The notes: generated by a model not told the origin, from the sequence alone. 64,000 nucleotides of DNA from Lama guanicoe (GCA_013239625.1 MU053934.1:2622399-2686398), one strand, 5' to 3'. Counted from the first letter of the stretch, positions 50,244-64,000 are shown. Program-made: numbers and translations.

Positions 50244-50426
50244 TTTATGAAATCCAAGTCTCACAGTTTAAATTCATTTGTTCATCCATTCTTTTAGCAA
50301 ATCAAGCACCTACTATGTGTCAGGTACACACAGTAGGTTTCCTGGGGATGTTGAGCAGGAGACATGTGGTCCCTTCTTCCAAGGACCTGAACACAAGCAG
50401 AAGGAGCAGACAGGTGAGGAATAACC
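50244..50426 (+). repeat. Direct repeat copy 2 (183 bp)
   Basis: Matches 48875-49057; single difference A48928 vs G50297. Confidence 0.95.
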
Positions 50427-50819
50427 TCAGAAAAGAGTTGTTTCTGTCTTGGAGTGTCTCAGAAGGCTTTCGTGACAAGCTCACCCTCAAAGGCCGGGAG
50501 AAAAGATCACAACTGGTCAAGGAATAGAGGAGGGCCTCGTAACCAGACTTGAAGCAGGATCAGGAACCTCAGGGAGGCGGGTATGACGGATGGGGATGGA
50601 CAGGAAGGCTGGGGCTGAATCCAGAGAGAATGCTGTGTGTGGGGTGGTGAGACATCCTTTGGCATCCATGTCCTTGCCCAGGCAGAAGCTATGAGGTGGA
50701 AAGAGAACAGGTCATGGAGCCAGAAGGACCTGGGTTTGAATCCCAGCTCTGCTGCTGACTCTCTGTGTGACATTGGACTGTGATTTAACCGCTCTGAGCT
50801 TCCTCATTTGTTTTTCCCT

Positions 50820-51160
50820 ACCTGAAGCTCTTTACACTTGCTGCTCCCTCTGTTGCTGTCCACCCTGAATGCTGGATGTCTAGCTCATCATTCAGGTCTT
50901 AGCTGAAGTATCACCCCCAGAGAGGCACTGCTGGTCACACAATTTAAAATGTCAGTCTCTATGACATTGACCTGTTTTGTTTCCATCACAGTACTTATTG
51001 CAACTTGGTGTTCTCTTGTTTATTATCTGAGATCTCTCCCTACACACCCACCTCACCCAGGACATCAGTGCACATCTGTCTCGTTCCTTGCAGCATCCCT
51101 AGTGCCTAGAAAGTGCCTGGGATATTGTAGGTGCTCAATGAATGCTTTTTGAGTGAATGA
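50820..51160 (+). mobile_element. L2 3' fragment
   Basis: tcattcaggtcttagct...tagtgcctagaaagtgcctgg...gtaggtgctcaatgaatgc...gagtgaatga. Confidence 0.75.
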
Positions 51161-54100
51161 GATTAAGGTTATGGTTAAGGGGATTAAGCAACACATATAC
51201 ATTTGGAAAATAGTAGGAACAGGTCTTTAAAAGCCCCTGGTGCTTGGCAGGTAGGGGTGGGGATGGGGCGTGCAGCTGGGAAAGGTGGAAGCGGGCCCCC
51301 AGCTGCTTTGAGAGGACTGGGAGCGGACAGCGGGTGAGGCAGTTCCGGAGTCAGACGTGGGAGGTCAGCACTAACTTGGCTTCCACGCTGCTCCTCCCTG
51401 GACGGCTCTGCTCCCTCGATCGCAAATCCAGCCCACTGTGAATCACCAGAGGCTTCCCACCTGCAAGGCTGCTCAGCCCTATGCTGGAGCATCCGCTGCA
51501 GAGAGGCCCAGATGGGGCTCTCAGGCTCTGGGATGAGGAGGAAAGGAGATACTAGGAGACAGGGCAAGTTTTACTCCTGGCAGAGCTGAGAGCAGCCGAG
51601 GAAACCTCAGGGAGCCCTGAGCATCTGTTGTCAGAGGGTCTGGGAGAGTGGAGCAGGGCTGGCCCAGCTCAGAAACAGGGTGTGTGGTTAGTTCTGAGCC
51701 TGAAAAATCCATCTACAGTGGTGCTCATGACAAGAATACCCACCGAGAAGTAGCTTTCCCACCGGGATTTCAACCCTCAGTCTGAGGTCTGAATCAGTCT
51801 GATGCTTCCCCACCCAGTGCCCCCCACCTCTGGGGATGGTGTGGGATTTCATCAGGAACTGAGCTACAGCAAAGAAAATTATGATAGAAAATTAATAAGA
51901 AAGTTACAGAGTTAAAAAAATAAAGAAGACACATAAGGATGCAGAGGAGAAGCAAGAAACAGAATGTTAAGGGCAGAAGGGCAGAGAGAAAAGGTGATTT
52001 CAGTGACTTTTAGGGGAGCAGGAATCCAACCATGGATGGAGAAAGTGGGATGAAGGGAGTGCACTTGGGCGAGTAAGTTTGGGAGAGGAGAGTATGAGTG
52101 TTGAATATTCTACGTGATCAGGCTGGGCCTCCTCAGAGCCTCTCCTATTTCACCCTCTCCTTTCCTACCTCCGTCTCCTCCAGCCAAACCAGACTCCTAT
52201 TCTGGATCCTACGGCCCCATGCCTACCCCAGGACCTTTGCATTACAGCTCCCCTACCTGGGATGTTCATCCCCCAGCAGCCGATTCAATCCTTTATTTCC
52301 ACAACAGTATGCTCAACTGACCACCCGATATAAAAGCCCATCTGCCCCTCTTCCCTCATCCTCATTCTTTACCTGTTTAATTTCTCTTCTTAACCCTTTG
52401 CGGTGCCTCTCACCTCAAATATGTATTTATTTTCTTATTTATAGTATAAAGGTAGGAGCTTGGTTGTGTTGCTGTTACATTCCCTGCCTCTCACGTGGGG
52501 TCTGGCACATAGTAGGTGCTTACCACATAGGTGTGGACTGCACGGTAAAATCCCTGGGTCAATAGGGAGCAACACGGAAGCTCAAGCAGGCAAGAGGAGG
52601 AAGGAAACGGGGACTGCCTGGTTGGAGCATCTGGGAGAGATGACCTGAAATTCTGCACAGAGATGCCAATGGTATCTTCTGGAGAAGGTGCTGGAGGTTT
52701 CTGAGATAATTAGAGGGGCACTTCAGAGGTTCCTGGACAAGGTGGAACCCAGAGAGGTGACAAGTAGGGAAGAAAATGGAGGGTACTTCTGTCCATGCAG
52801 ATGTCAGGCAGACCGAGCAGGAGGCATTGCTGAGATGGCAGGGCTGGACCATAGGCAGACTGCGGAGCCCAGGGATCGAGTTCCGGTTCTGATGCCTCCT
52901 AGCCGTGTGGCTTCAGGCAAGTGGCCAAACGTTCCCAAGTCTCAGCTGGCCTGTCTGGAAAATGGGGCAGCACGCTTGCCTCGAGTTGCGGTTCTGATAA
53001 CAAAATGAAATAAAAGAGTGCTCACAGTGCCTCCTTTATAGTAAGCCCTAAGTAAATATTAGCTACACATCAAGCTCCTGTTGAGTGTTACGTGCCTTGA
53101 ATTAAATGCAAAAATGAAAAAGATGCGGGTCCTGCTCAGAAATAATCCGCAGAGTGAGACCTGCAACGGAGCTCAATATAAGGTGGATGGGGGTGGAGGG
53201 AGGCGCACGGGGGCACCACAAGGGGGCAGGTAACACCACCTGGCTATTCAGCAAGGGCTTGAAAGAGGAGTGGAAGACAAGAGCAGAGAAAGCCAGGAAG
53301 GCTTTTCTAGGCAGCGGGAACAGTAGATGTGAAGGTAAGGAATGTGAACATTCCCTCAACAAAAGTTTGTTGAGCACCTATTATGTGTTAAGGCACATGA
53401 TTGAACAAGACTGGTGCTGACTCTGCCACCAGGAATGCACATGCCTGGGAGGCAGACATTCAGTCACTGATTACACAATTGATTGTTTAATTGCAATCAC
53501 AGTACACTTATGGGAGCTACAGGTAATTCCGTTTTGCCAAAGTGCCTGGAGGAACTGTCAGAGATCAGGCTGCAAAGGGTGGTGGACCAGGTCAGGGAGG
53601 GCCTTGCACTGAACACACCTACTGTGTGCCAAGCTCTTTGGGATGTATACAAAGATGAACAACACTAAGCATGTCATTGTAGGAACCAAGGACTGAATGT
53701 GAATTGATAGAGGAAGGTCTACGGTGCAACAAGAACACAGCATGGAAAATGACAAGCAGGGAAGGCTTCCTGGAGGAAGAGACCTTTGCTCCTTTCTTCA
53801 ATTGAATGGCAATCCCAAAGCCCACCATCCTGCCTTTCAGGAGCCAGCTTTCTCTTTCCTGTAGGCTTAAAGGAGCATTACTCACACCCAAGGGTGGCTT
53901 AATAGCAAAGGGTTCTGAGCCTGACAGAGTTCCTTCTCTAGGCCTGGGATGCAAGGGAAGGAGGAATTGACATTACATTGATGTATGGATCCAAAGACCA
54001 GGATGTGGGGGCACTGACAGCCTGGCGGTGGGGCCAAGACTCTAGTGTTCTGGCTCCACCCACCCCTCCATCCCAAGCTATGTGAGCTCAGGACAAGTTA

Positions 54101-56089
54101 CTGACCTTTCTGTGCCTCTGTTTGCTCATCTGTAAAACAGGTGTAATGGTGGCTTCATGGGGCTGTTGAAATCATAAGGACTGAGTTGGGTTGGCCTGGG
54201 GTCTCTCCTCTGGTAAGTTTTCATAACGAGTGATTTGTTATTATGTACTGCCAAGTGTACCACCAATTCCATAAATGTGGCTGACCCGGCTCCTTACGGA
54301 AATGGCCAAAACAGCCAAGGGGGCTCCGTGGAGGGTGGGAGGGTAGCCAAGTTCTGAATGCCTATAGGATGGGGCCCAGGACCATGTCCTGCTTTGGCCA
54401 AACCTGATGAGGGTGGACGATGACCCTGACCACTGGCCCCTGATGTCGGTTCTTCAGGGTGCCAGTTTCCACTTCATCAGCCCATGGGTACCTGAATCTC
54501 CCCATCAGCATCAGTGGGAGTCTCTTGCACGTTTGTGAGCAGTCTGTGATCTGAGCCAAGTAACTCACTGTGCACTAGCAGGGCAACCCGTCTCCAGAAA
54601 CTGCCTGAAATTCACTGTCTCCCAGGTGGACGTGGGGCTTCCACAAGCCGGGGGTGGGGGGCCTGTCCCCAGACCAGGACAGGCTTGGTACCTTAACTGG
54701 GCTCCCCCAACCTCCTTCCCTTGGGTCTCACCCCCTTGCCTCAAATACCTTTTCATGTCTTTCCTGATAAGCCCTAAGTTCTGAGCAACTGGATCCTTGT
54801 TGCTCGTGCTCTCTGTTGTGACCTCTGCATCGTGCCCAGAGTCTGGCACAGAACAGGCCCTCAATATGTGTTCATTGGTGAATGGGATGGGGTACATGGA
54901 AGTAGAGAGAAGAGAAGAAAAAGGACTAACAGCGGCATGTTTTCTTTAATGATGGGGATCCTGTTGACCATCCAGCTCCCACGACATTTGCGGAGCATGG
55001 CCTGTGTGCCAGGGACACTTCACATCGGCTGAAGTCATTTAATCTCCACAGCCAGCCCTCGTGGGAAGTTCTGCTGTGGCTTTCATTTCACAGATGGGGT
55101 ACCAAGAGGTTAAGAGCTTTGCCCATGGCTACACAGCTCCTAGGTGACAGTCTTGATTCCAGCTCTGAGGCTTTCACACCCCGGAGCTGCTGATTTGAAG
55201 ATTGCCTATGGTGTGCCAGATCCTTTCTCCTATGAAGCTGCAGGAACTCTGGGGAAACTGAAGCTCAGGGTGTGAACATGCCAAGGCAAACAGCCAGGAA
55301 ACAGCATATTTGTGACGTGCACGCAGCTCTGCCCATTGGCACAGTCTTGGTCAGCAGGTAGTCTGCACCTCTGAGTGGGGAGAGGTTCACCTGCCTCCTC
55401 CCTTCCCCTCAACTCAGTGACAAGTAGGTATCTACTGAACTCTTGTCTTTTTTTTTTGTCCCAGTGGGGGCTGCTGGGCTCACACCTGGGCCTGTCCCTT
55501 CTGCTATGGGGATTATATTTAGCTGTGGAGGCAAAACTGAATGGATAGTGCAAAGAGCATGGAGTCTGGAGTTAGAAGCCTGGGTTAGAGTCCCCAGAGA
55601 CCCTGGGAAAACTCCTTCCCCCTTGGAGCCTCAATTTCTTCATCTGAGAAATGGGAAGACTAATAGTGACGCCCTCAGGATAGTATGGGTTAATTTATAT
55701 TAAGCACCCAGCACTGTGTGGTTCACAGAGATGCGCTGGAAATGTGTGAGATGGTAGCGCCTCCCTGCTTAGAACCTGTAATGGAGTCTACACATGTTTA
55801 GGCAGACCTGCCCCGTGTCCTCCGATCTCACCCACCATTTTACCTGTCCCCCCAACATCAGTCCCTCTTTCCCCGTCTCCACATGCACACTGTTCCAGCC
55901 ACACTCCCCTTCTTTCTCTGGACAAGCCATGCTCTTCTATGTGGTCCATTCTCTCACTTTTCCCTTTGTCTTTCTACTTAAATCCACGTGGAGATAACCT
56001 GCAAGAGGGCATCACCGCGATGATGTGGGACATGCCAGCTCTCTTTCAGTCCTACTTTTTCCTCTTTGGCTCGCCTCCCTCCTGCTGAC

Positions 56090-57410
56090 ATATATCACTC
56101 TTTCATCTCCTTCACTGCCATATTAACAACCTGTGTATTTCTACATGTTCACACAAGTGGAAACAAAACTATACATGTGGATAACTTTTGCATGTAAATA
56201 CACACTTGCACTTACAGGTGTGTATTCACAGGTCAAGGGGTGGTTTCACACAGTGGGATCCTATAAGGCACCCTTCCTGCATATTGCTTTATCATTCAAA
56301 CAACAACACTCATGGGATTCTCTCCGAGTCAGCCGCAATAGATCTAATTCATTCTTTTAAAGGCAGCATAATATTTCATAGTGAGGAATTACTGTCATTT
56401 CTTTACCCAGCCTTCTACTGACAGGCATTCATTTTATTTCTTGCTCCTTCTCCCTCCCACCCTCTATAAACAGTGCTGCAATAAACATCCTTGTACATAC
56501 ATCCTTTCAAATGGCATTTTTATTTCGATGGATTGGATCCCCAGGAGTGGGATTGCTCAATCGAAGGGTGTATGTATTTTTTTTTTTTAATTTCAGCAAT
56601 GTTGCCAGACTGCTTTCCAAAATGCTGTAACAAGTCGTATTTTCTCCAGCAATGCATGAGCCTGCTATTTCCCCACATCCACTCTAGCAATAGGTGTTAG
56701 TATTATTTTTAATTTTTTGCCAGTCTGATGGGGATAAAACAAAATCTCATAGTTACTTCAATTTCAAGTTCCTGTTCAGCTAGTGAGCTTGTGCACCTTT
56801 CCTTACGTTTGTTGGCTGTTTGGATTTGCACCATGTCCTGTCTAGTCTTATCCTTTGCCTGACTCCAATCTTCCTCATTCAATTCTTGTTAGTTTGTAAG
56901 AGCTCTTTGCATATTATAAATATTAACCTTTTATTTGATATCTGTGCTGCAAATAATTTCATAATCAAATTTCTTGTTTTTATGTTGACCTTGTGAATGA
57001 TGTCTATTGCCACAAAAATAATTCTGTGGAGTAAAATGTCTGTTTAAATATGACTTTCTTATTTTTTATGTGACTGCCCTTGTCATCTCTGCATTTTCTT
57101 CTAAGATATTTATTATTTAATTTTATTTTTTGACTATTAACATTTTAATCCATCTGGGGTTTATTTATATGATGTAAAATCAGATTCCAACTTTCTTACA
57201 AAAGCTAGCTGGCTGTGCAAGTTTCATTTATTAAACCATTACTCTTTTTCCAACTGCACTGAGATACCAACACCATCACTGCACATATTGGATTCTCGTG
57301 GCTGTGTTGATTTAGTTCTGATCTCTCTGTTCTGTTCCACTGATCTATGTATCACTCCCTTGTCAGCAGCATTTGGACTTGATTATGGAGAACTTAATAT
57401 GTTTTGATCT
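56090..57410 (-). mobile_element. Ancient L1M (L1ME/L1MD-like) fragment, antisense
   Basis: gctgcaataaacatccttgtaca...ccccaggagtgggattgct...ttgccagactgctttcca...tttgccagtctgatggg...gtttgtaagagctctttgcatatt...taatccatctgg. Confidence 0.8.
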
Positions 57411-57852
57411 CTAAGAAGCCATGTTCTTTCCTAATACTCTTTTCTTTCATAGGATCTGGTCACCACTGGATCTCAGCGATTTGCATGGGGTCAAGCACTC
57501 AGCTGGGGAGCAGGAGATACTTGCTAACTGTTGTTGATACTCCTGTCTTTCCCTTTTGCGTCTTATCCCTCCACCTGCAGGACTAGAAGAGGTATCAAAT
57601 GGTGACACTCAGGCCAAAACTAGTTAGCATGAAAATATATACAGGGTAGACAGATCTAACTAGAGAAAGCTTCAGAGATGTTGAGACACTTGGAGGGTGT
57701 GTCCAATACAACAATTTGAGACCTTTAAAGCAACGAGATAAGTCTTTCATATAGTTAACACCTATTTATTGAATACCTGTTGTATACTAGACCTTATTCT
57801 GGGTCTGGGGATATAGTGGTGGCCAAGGCCAAGACAAAAGTTTGATTTTTAT

Positions 57853-58150
57853 AGTGTGACAATGGTATGTGTTCATTATTTTTTGGTGTGATCATGATAT
57901 TGTGATTATGCTTTGAAGTCCTTGTCTTTCAGAGATAATACTGAAATATTTATGAAGAAAATTTTATTAAGTCTGGGAATTTGCTTCTAAATAAGCTAGG
58001 GGTGGGAGAAATGGATGGAAGTATAGATGAAACCAGATTGGCTGTGAATTGATAATTATAGAAGCTCAATGATGGCTTAATGGGGATTTATTATACTCTT
58101 CTTTCTACTTTTGTGTATATTGGAAATATTCCATAATAAAAAAAAGTTTT
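57853..58150 (+). mobile_element. Ancient L1ME-like 3' end
   Basis: tactgaaatatttatg...gtatagatgaaaccagattggc...ttattatactcttctttctacttttgtgtat...ttccataataaaaaa. Confidence 0.8.
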
Positions 58151-58234
58151 TAAATGCATTCAGAGCTTATTATGTTTCAGGCATTGTTCTAATCTCCTTA
58201 CTTCTGTTAATTCATCAAATCCTCAAAATAGCCC

Positions 58235-58609
58235 TGTCTTAGACCAGCTTCGGCTATTGTAACAAAATACAGTGAACTAGGTGGCATAAACAAGACGTTT
58301 ATTTCTCACAGGTCAGGAGGCTGGGAAGTTCAAGATCAAGGTGCCAGCAGATTTGGTTCCTGGTGGGAATCCTCTTTCTGTCTTGCAGACGGCCACATTG
58401 TTCTTGCGTTCTCACAATGCGGAGGAGGTGGGAGGGAGCAAGGGGTGAGAGAGAGGGAGGAAGGGTGAGGGGATTTTGAGCTCTTCTTAGAAGGGCAGTA
58501 ATTCCATCATTAGAGCTCCTTCCAAAGGCCCCAGCTCCAAACACTGTTACATTGAGGGGTTAGGGCTTCAACATATGAATTTGGAGGGACCTCAGTTCAG
58601 TCCATATTA
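58235..58609 (-). mobile_element. MLT1A-like solo LTR nested in an antisense MIR, with 5-bp TSD AGCCC
   Basis: tttatttctcacag...ggaggctgggaagttcaagatcaaggtgccagcag...ggttagggcttcaacatatgaatt; AGCCC at 58230-58234 and 58610-58614; MIR sequence on both sides. Confidence 0.88.
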
Positions 58610-58796
58610 AGCCCCATGAGGTGGATATTATCATCCCAGATGAGAAAAACGTGGCTCCACAAAATTCAGTAACTTACCCAGTAACTTACTAGTAAGTGGC
58701 AGAGCTGTCTGGCCCCAAGGCCCTGCTCTCCAGCAGCACGTCCTCCTTTCACATCTTTTACGTCTACTCTTCATTGCAATGAACTTGTAAATGAAA

Positions 58797-58838
58797 ATCT
58801 GTCTGTCTGTCTATCTATCTATCTAAATATATATATAT
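58797..58838. repeat. Short compound (TCTG)n(TCTA)n(TA)n microsatellite
   Basis: Read directly. Confidence 0.85.
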
Positions 58839-59872
58839 GATTACTTCATATATCAGGAAGGGCTGTGAAAGATCTAAAGTAGGACTGTGGAAGAAAGACT
58901 ATTAGTGGGAGGAAGTGGAACTGAGGATGGAGGGGGTGGGGTCCTTCTTCGGTGAGGATGAAGGTGGGGAGGCTGCGTGGAGATCCGGGACAGATGTCCA
59001 AGCAGGCGTACGAGCAAATGCAGAGACTCTGTGATAGAAATAGAAGTCTGATGGAGCTGGATCACAGCTGATGAGGACGCCGGCCATATAAGCAAAGCGG
59101 CAGACGAGATCTTACTGCAGACTGTAAGGCATGTTTATAAGTTCAAACAAAGGCACTAAGACATCGCAGTAAGAGCAAAGTGATTTATTGGGTTTATTAG
59201 CTCAATGATCACTTAAATACATTTTCCTACATTTTGCAGTGCTAACTTCATCTATAACAGAGGAAAAATTTAATTCTGAAGCCAAATTAACTGCTCTTTG
59301 CTTTCTCACAAAGTCACCCACTTCTGATTTTTATTTTTTGCATAACTTGATTCAATTTTTTCTGCTCTTGCCACATTTTCTGCAGCTCCTACACACTTCT
59401 TTGGATGGTTATAGCACTATTATCTTATTATTAGTCACTAACCAGAGATAATTCACTTTTCCAATTGATCTATGCTGCTTATAAAATGTCAGATCAACTG
59501 GGAGCTCAGGAAGCAAGTGGTTAGTGACTTCTGACAGGCAGAAAACTATGTGTGACAGGCTGGGGACCAGGCATGGGTGACCTCTGATAAGGTGAATTTA
59601 CCTGCGGTCCAGTGGCCCAAATGTCAGAGGAGCGTCTGCAAGGCAGATTCTCAAGGATGCAGTTGGTGGTAACTGCTTGCATCAAACTCATGTGTGTATG
59701 CTTAATATTTCGCACGGTCCCTGCTAGTTTGTATTTGTAAATATCTGACAATGTCACGTTCAGTCTGTAGATAATATGTGCCCAAGCGCAGTGTTTCCCT
59801 TGAAAAATGGCTGGTGACACAGGTACATTTGTAGTATAGCCTTCACACACCACAAGAATGGGGGCGAGGGAG

Positions 59873-60062
59873 ACAACAAGTTGATGCTGACTAGCACAGG
59901 GAACTATGTTCAATATCTTGAGGCAACTTATGGTAAGAAAGAGTATGAAAATGAATATATGTATGTTCATGTACGACTGAAGCATTGTGCTGTGCACCAG
60001 AAATTGACACGTTGTAAACTTCAATAAAAGTATATATAAAAAAGAAAGTAAAATAAGAAATA
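59873..60062 (+). mobile_element. Short L1 3' end with degenerate A-tail
   Basis: tagcacagggaactatgttcaatatcttg...gaatatatgtatgttcatgt...ccagaaattgacac...ttcaataaaa; same family as 13561-13729. Confidence 0.85.
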
Positions 60063-61943
60063 ATGAAAAAAATGGGGCAGAGGGAAATAGACAAGAAACT
60101 GTCCACTGGGGCTCTGACAGAATTTTTCATGGCTTTGGAGGAAAGCAAGTTGGAGGAACTGCAGGGCAAATAAAGGAAGCAGATGGGAATGGAAAGGTGG
60201 ATTTTAACAAACATCATTGCAGATAACACGTTCCTTTATAGTGTCTGAGAAGCATAACTAAGGAGCTTGAGTTATCTTGAATTTTTTGGTTGTTGGATTG
60301 ATTCTTTGACTATTACACTTCTTTGTGGCCTGGACCACATGGGTCATGGCTTCAACAAGGCTACAGGCTCAAAGGAGTGGATGCTAGAGGAAAACTGCTC
60401 TGCAAAGATGCTAGATTGGCCAAAGATTTAGTGAAAGTTTATGCCAAGCCATAAATGTAGACATTAGAAAATGTCTTTTGATTTTAGGTGTTAGGTAAAA
60501 AGGCCAGAAAAAGTAAACATCTCTAGATAGAGTCACAGTCATATTTGTCCTTGCTTCACTAGATGGTCCCTTCCTTCACCCAGTAGGTTACTGAGTGAGC
60601 AATTCTGTCTGCCAGGTCTGAGATAGATGATGGGCATGTAAGGATAGACTGTTCATCTTTGTGGATAATTTTGAGGTGTGTATTGAAGGGTGGATAGGAG
60701 CTTACAGACAGAGATTAAAGGAAGGGAATGTTAGGCAGAGGGAGTAACAAGTGCAAAGACAGAAGGGTTTCAAATGCTAGGGAGTCTTCCCAAAGCAGAC
60801 AGCAGGTGAATGACCTCAAATCTAGGATATGTGTGATTGGGAAAAAATGTGATTTAATTTTCCTACTATTGGCATTAAGAATGTTCCCATTTCTCATGAA
60901 TATAAATAATGCTGAGATGAACATCTTGGTGCATAAATGGTTTCTGGGTTTTGTCTTAAGGTAGGTTCCTAGAAGCGAAAATCACAGTGAGTTTCGGGGA
61001 GAGAATAACCTGGTGGGTTTTGCCCTGTGACTCTCGCCAGGTCAGTGGCCCTTCTGAGTTTCTGTTTCCCCATCTTTCAGAACATAGAGCTGAGGAGCAA
61101 AAACGGTCTTTCTGGCTCTCCCATTCAGACACCTAACAGCATCCTCAAACTGTGTTTGATCCAAGACTCTAGAGAGATCTGAATTCCTACTGACTTGGAA
61201 AATTACTCATTATTATTTTATCTTGAGTAAGTCATATTCCTCCTCTGAGCCTTGATTACTCTATTGGCTCAGCAAGGATACTGAGACACAGGGAGTCACA
61301 AAGTGAGGTTCATGAAGTTCTTTTGACAGAGGAATTCTATGGCCCAGGGTACAGAGCTTCCTTCCACACCACCCTTGTATGCAGACACCTCTTTTCCTTG
61401 CTCCCCTGTCCCCTGGACCAGTGTCTCCTCCTCTCCTCCTCGGAGAGCTGGAGGAGGACGCATTCTGTGAGTGACATCTTCCCAGAGGGTGCCTGCCAAC
61501 TTTATGGATGTTTAGCAACTGTTAATTACCCCTGATGTCTCATTGTGCCCTGAACTTCCCTCCATGGAACCCACACCCCCGTCTCTGCACCTCTTCTCTC
61601 GGAAGAGCCCCTGGAGCTCTAAATGAGGGCAAAACCCCTTTCTTCCACTTCACTTCAATCTTGGAATTTTCCCAACACGTTCAGACTCTGGCCTGGAGGT
61701 TCTAACTTCTGTCAAGTCTGAACATAAACAGAAGAGTTATTTGCTTTTTCGGTTTGTTTTGTTAACAAGGTTTTGGAAATTGTTCTTCAAGGTTCTCACC
61801 CCTACCCTGTGTTCACAGGCTCTGGAACCAGACCACGCGGGTTTACATTTTTGCTCTGGTTCTCACTAGTTCTGTGAGTTACTACATCTCCCTGTGTCTC
61901 AGGCTTTTTGTATGTAGAATGGGGATTTATAGCAGTACTTTTT

Positions 61944-62315
61944 TGTCTTGGTTATCGCTGTGTGTCAAAGCACCCCCAAACTTAGTGACATCAGCAACAA
62001 GCTTTGCTCTTCCACTCATGCACCTGTGGGCTTGGGTTTGGCTTATCTAGGGGGGCTTGCTAGGCTGGGCTCTGAGCTGTAGATTAAGGATAGGTCTTCT
62101 CCATATTTACCAGCGGCTACCTGGGCATGTTCTCATGGCAAAACACAGGAGCATAGGAGGGCAAGTCCAACCATGTCAACACACATCAAGCCCCTACTGA
62201 GTCACATCTACTAACATCCGATTGGTTAAAGCAGGTCAGTGGGGCAGGGATGTATACCCTCTCCCTAGCGGGAGGGGAAGGGAGTGAATCTCTGTTGAAC
62301 AGAAATTCTACCAAT
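61944..62315 (-). mobile_element. MLT1 (J/K-like) LTR nested in a MIR (MIR halves ~61815-61940 and ~62320-62420)
   Basis: cacccccaaacttagtg...ggctgggctc...catctactaacatccgattggttaaagcaggtca. Confidence 0.65.
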
Positions 62316-64000
62316 CACATTAAGTCATGGTTTGTTGTGAAAGTTAAATGAGTTACTAACTTTAAAGTGCTTATAGTAGTACTGGGCATGTAACATGTGC
62401 TCATTGAATTACAGACATTATTTGTAGTGATAACAGTTATTTTTTATGCTAGTGGTGAAATCAGTAATGGCATTTGTGCTAGTATAAGCACATGTCAGAT
62501 ACTCTTTTCAACACATACATTCATACTACAGTGTAAATGTCTGATAAGATAGTATAAAGAAGAGATCATACATTTATCTTTGACAGCAGAAGTTTAAGCC
62601 AAAGGGGTGAAGGCGTGAGAATGGAGTTTTGAGAATCAGTAACATCTAGCAGCTAAGAAAGAGAGTTCTGGAGTTAGTCAAATTTGGATCGGAATTCTAG
62701 TTCTGGTACTTTTTCTTTCAGTGACTGTGACCTGGTTTCTTGTCTTCTCAGATCCTCTTAGGGTTGAGGTATGATTGTGAGAAGATATTGTAAACAAAGC
62801 ATGGAATAAAGTGCCTGGCACAGAGTAGGGTGAATGAATGCCATGATGACAAAGGTCTGCAGTGGAGGAGAGAGGACGTGGCAGAAAGCCTCTCACTGGG
62901 CCCTGGACCTCACCAGCAGGTGGCCTCTGACTTCACCTGTGCCCACTGGTCCATCCAACAAACCGTCATGTAAGCACTGACCACGTGCCATGCACGTGTA
63001 CAGAACAATACAGTCACCCTGCTCATTCAGTCTATTCCCATAGTTTGCTTCCTCATAGTAAATTCCATGGAATTGTATGTTAAGTAGGGAGTCAGAATTA
63101 AAATGAGAACATGAGGGTTCTGTGGCAAATCAAGTTTGGGAATCTGCGTTGAAGTGCACACAACAGGCTCCAATGACTGCGGGTCTTTGTGCCTTGCCGG
63201 TGTTCGTGTGTCTTTAGGCTCCCCAAGAAGGGGACGTGGAATGCAGGTGTCCAATCTCATGTGACCGCAGGACTCTTTTCACTGAAGCATCTGGGGCTTT
63301 CTTAACGCCTCCTGAGTGCACATCATCCTCTTCATCCCGCTGCTGTCATCTACTGCAGGCATCTCCCCGCCTTCCCAGCCGCCATAGTCCCATTCCTGGT
63401 CTCTCGTCCACTCCCAGGAGAGGCAGAGTCAGCTTTCCTTCGCTTGAGCTGGACACTTTCCCCCTATCCATGATGTGAGAAGCATAGGGAAGCCACATTC
63501 CCTGGGCCACTCCCTCAACACCAGTCGGAGGTTAAGAGGGCTCCCCTGGAGTCAGCTGGTCAATCCGAGTCTGGGATCACCAAGCCCCAGTGTGTGACCT
63601 TGGCACACTTACTCACCAGGTCTCAGTTTGCCCATCTGTCAAATGGAGGGGGTGACGTCATCTCCTCCAGAGTGGTGTCATTGAGGGGACAGAAGCACAC
63701 AGAGCGTTCAGCAGAGCAGATGGTAATCATAGTCATTATTCTCTCATTTAATAACAACCCAGACAACTGGGGACCTGAGCGGCCCCAAAGACACCTCCTG
63801 GTGTCTTTGATTTCAAAATTCCAATAATTATCTTGCCCCTGTCTCACCCTCACAGGCCCAGTCCAGGGGGCATTTTCTAGACATCATTAAAGGCACATTG
63901 CAGTAGCTCCCCGATGTTTGCAAAAGCACTAATGCCTAGCACGGGTGTAGCACTCACAGCATCCAAAGCCCTTTATTTCTACACAATACGTGTCTACCCC

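Noticed and set aside
48946..50527. Two ORFs sharing the peptide MCQVHTVGFLGMLSRRHVV, suggesting a duplicated gene
   Set aside because: A consequence of the 183-bp duplication of L2-derived DNA, not a coding paralogue.
63653..63660. Perfect CRE palindrome TGACGTCA
   Set aside because: A single 8-mer inside a MIR, 19 kb from the gene; compatible with chance.

Overview
This is mammalian genomic DNA, not prokaryotic or viral. It is dense in MIR, L2, MLT1 and MER elements, with no Alu, Bov-A, PRE1 or Can-SINE seen; the young L1 3' ends suggest a cetartiodactyl, probably a camelid (inference). The only protein-coding sequence I can support is exon 1 of CACNG2 (stargazin/TARP gamma-2) on the minus strand (CDS 44301-44511, 211 nt, GT donor at 44300). 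Bases 1-44300 are therefore part of its long intron 1, about 44512-45700 is 5' leader and CpG-island promoter, and the rest is upstream intergenic DNA. The other ORFs in the track appear to be chance, repeat-derived or microsatellite frames. I found no new gene system. The best leads are regulatory or structural. (1) A relay of uORFs in the leader, including a TAATG stop/start joined to a G21 run and an out-of-frame uATG 10 nt before the start codon. (2) A degenerate ~33-bp tandem array in intron 1 whose conserved core is a ROR/REV-ERB element. (3) A perfect DR4 and a perfect NFI palindrome. (4) A non-canonical, inverted-half REST site. (5) A 183-bp near-identical local duplication of ancient L2 DNA. 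Repeat boundaries and subfamily names were judged by eye and are approximate.
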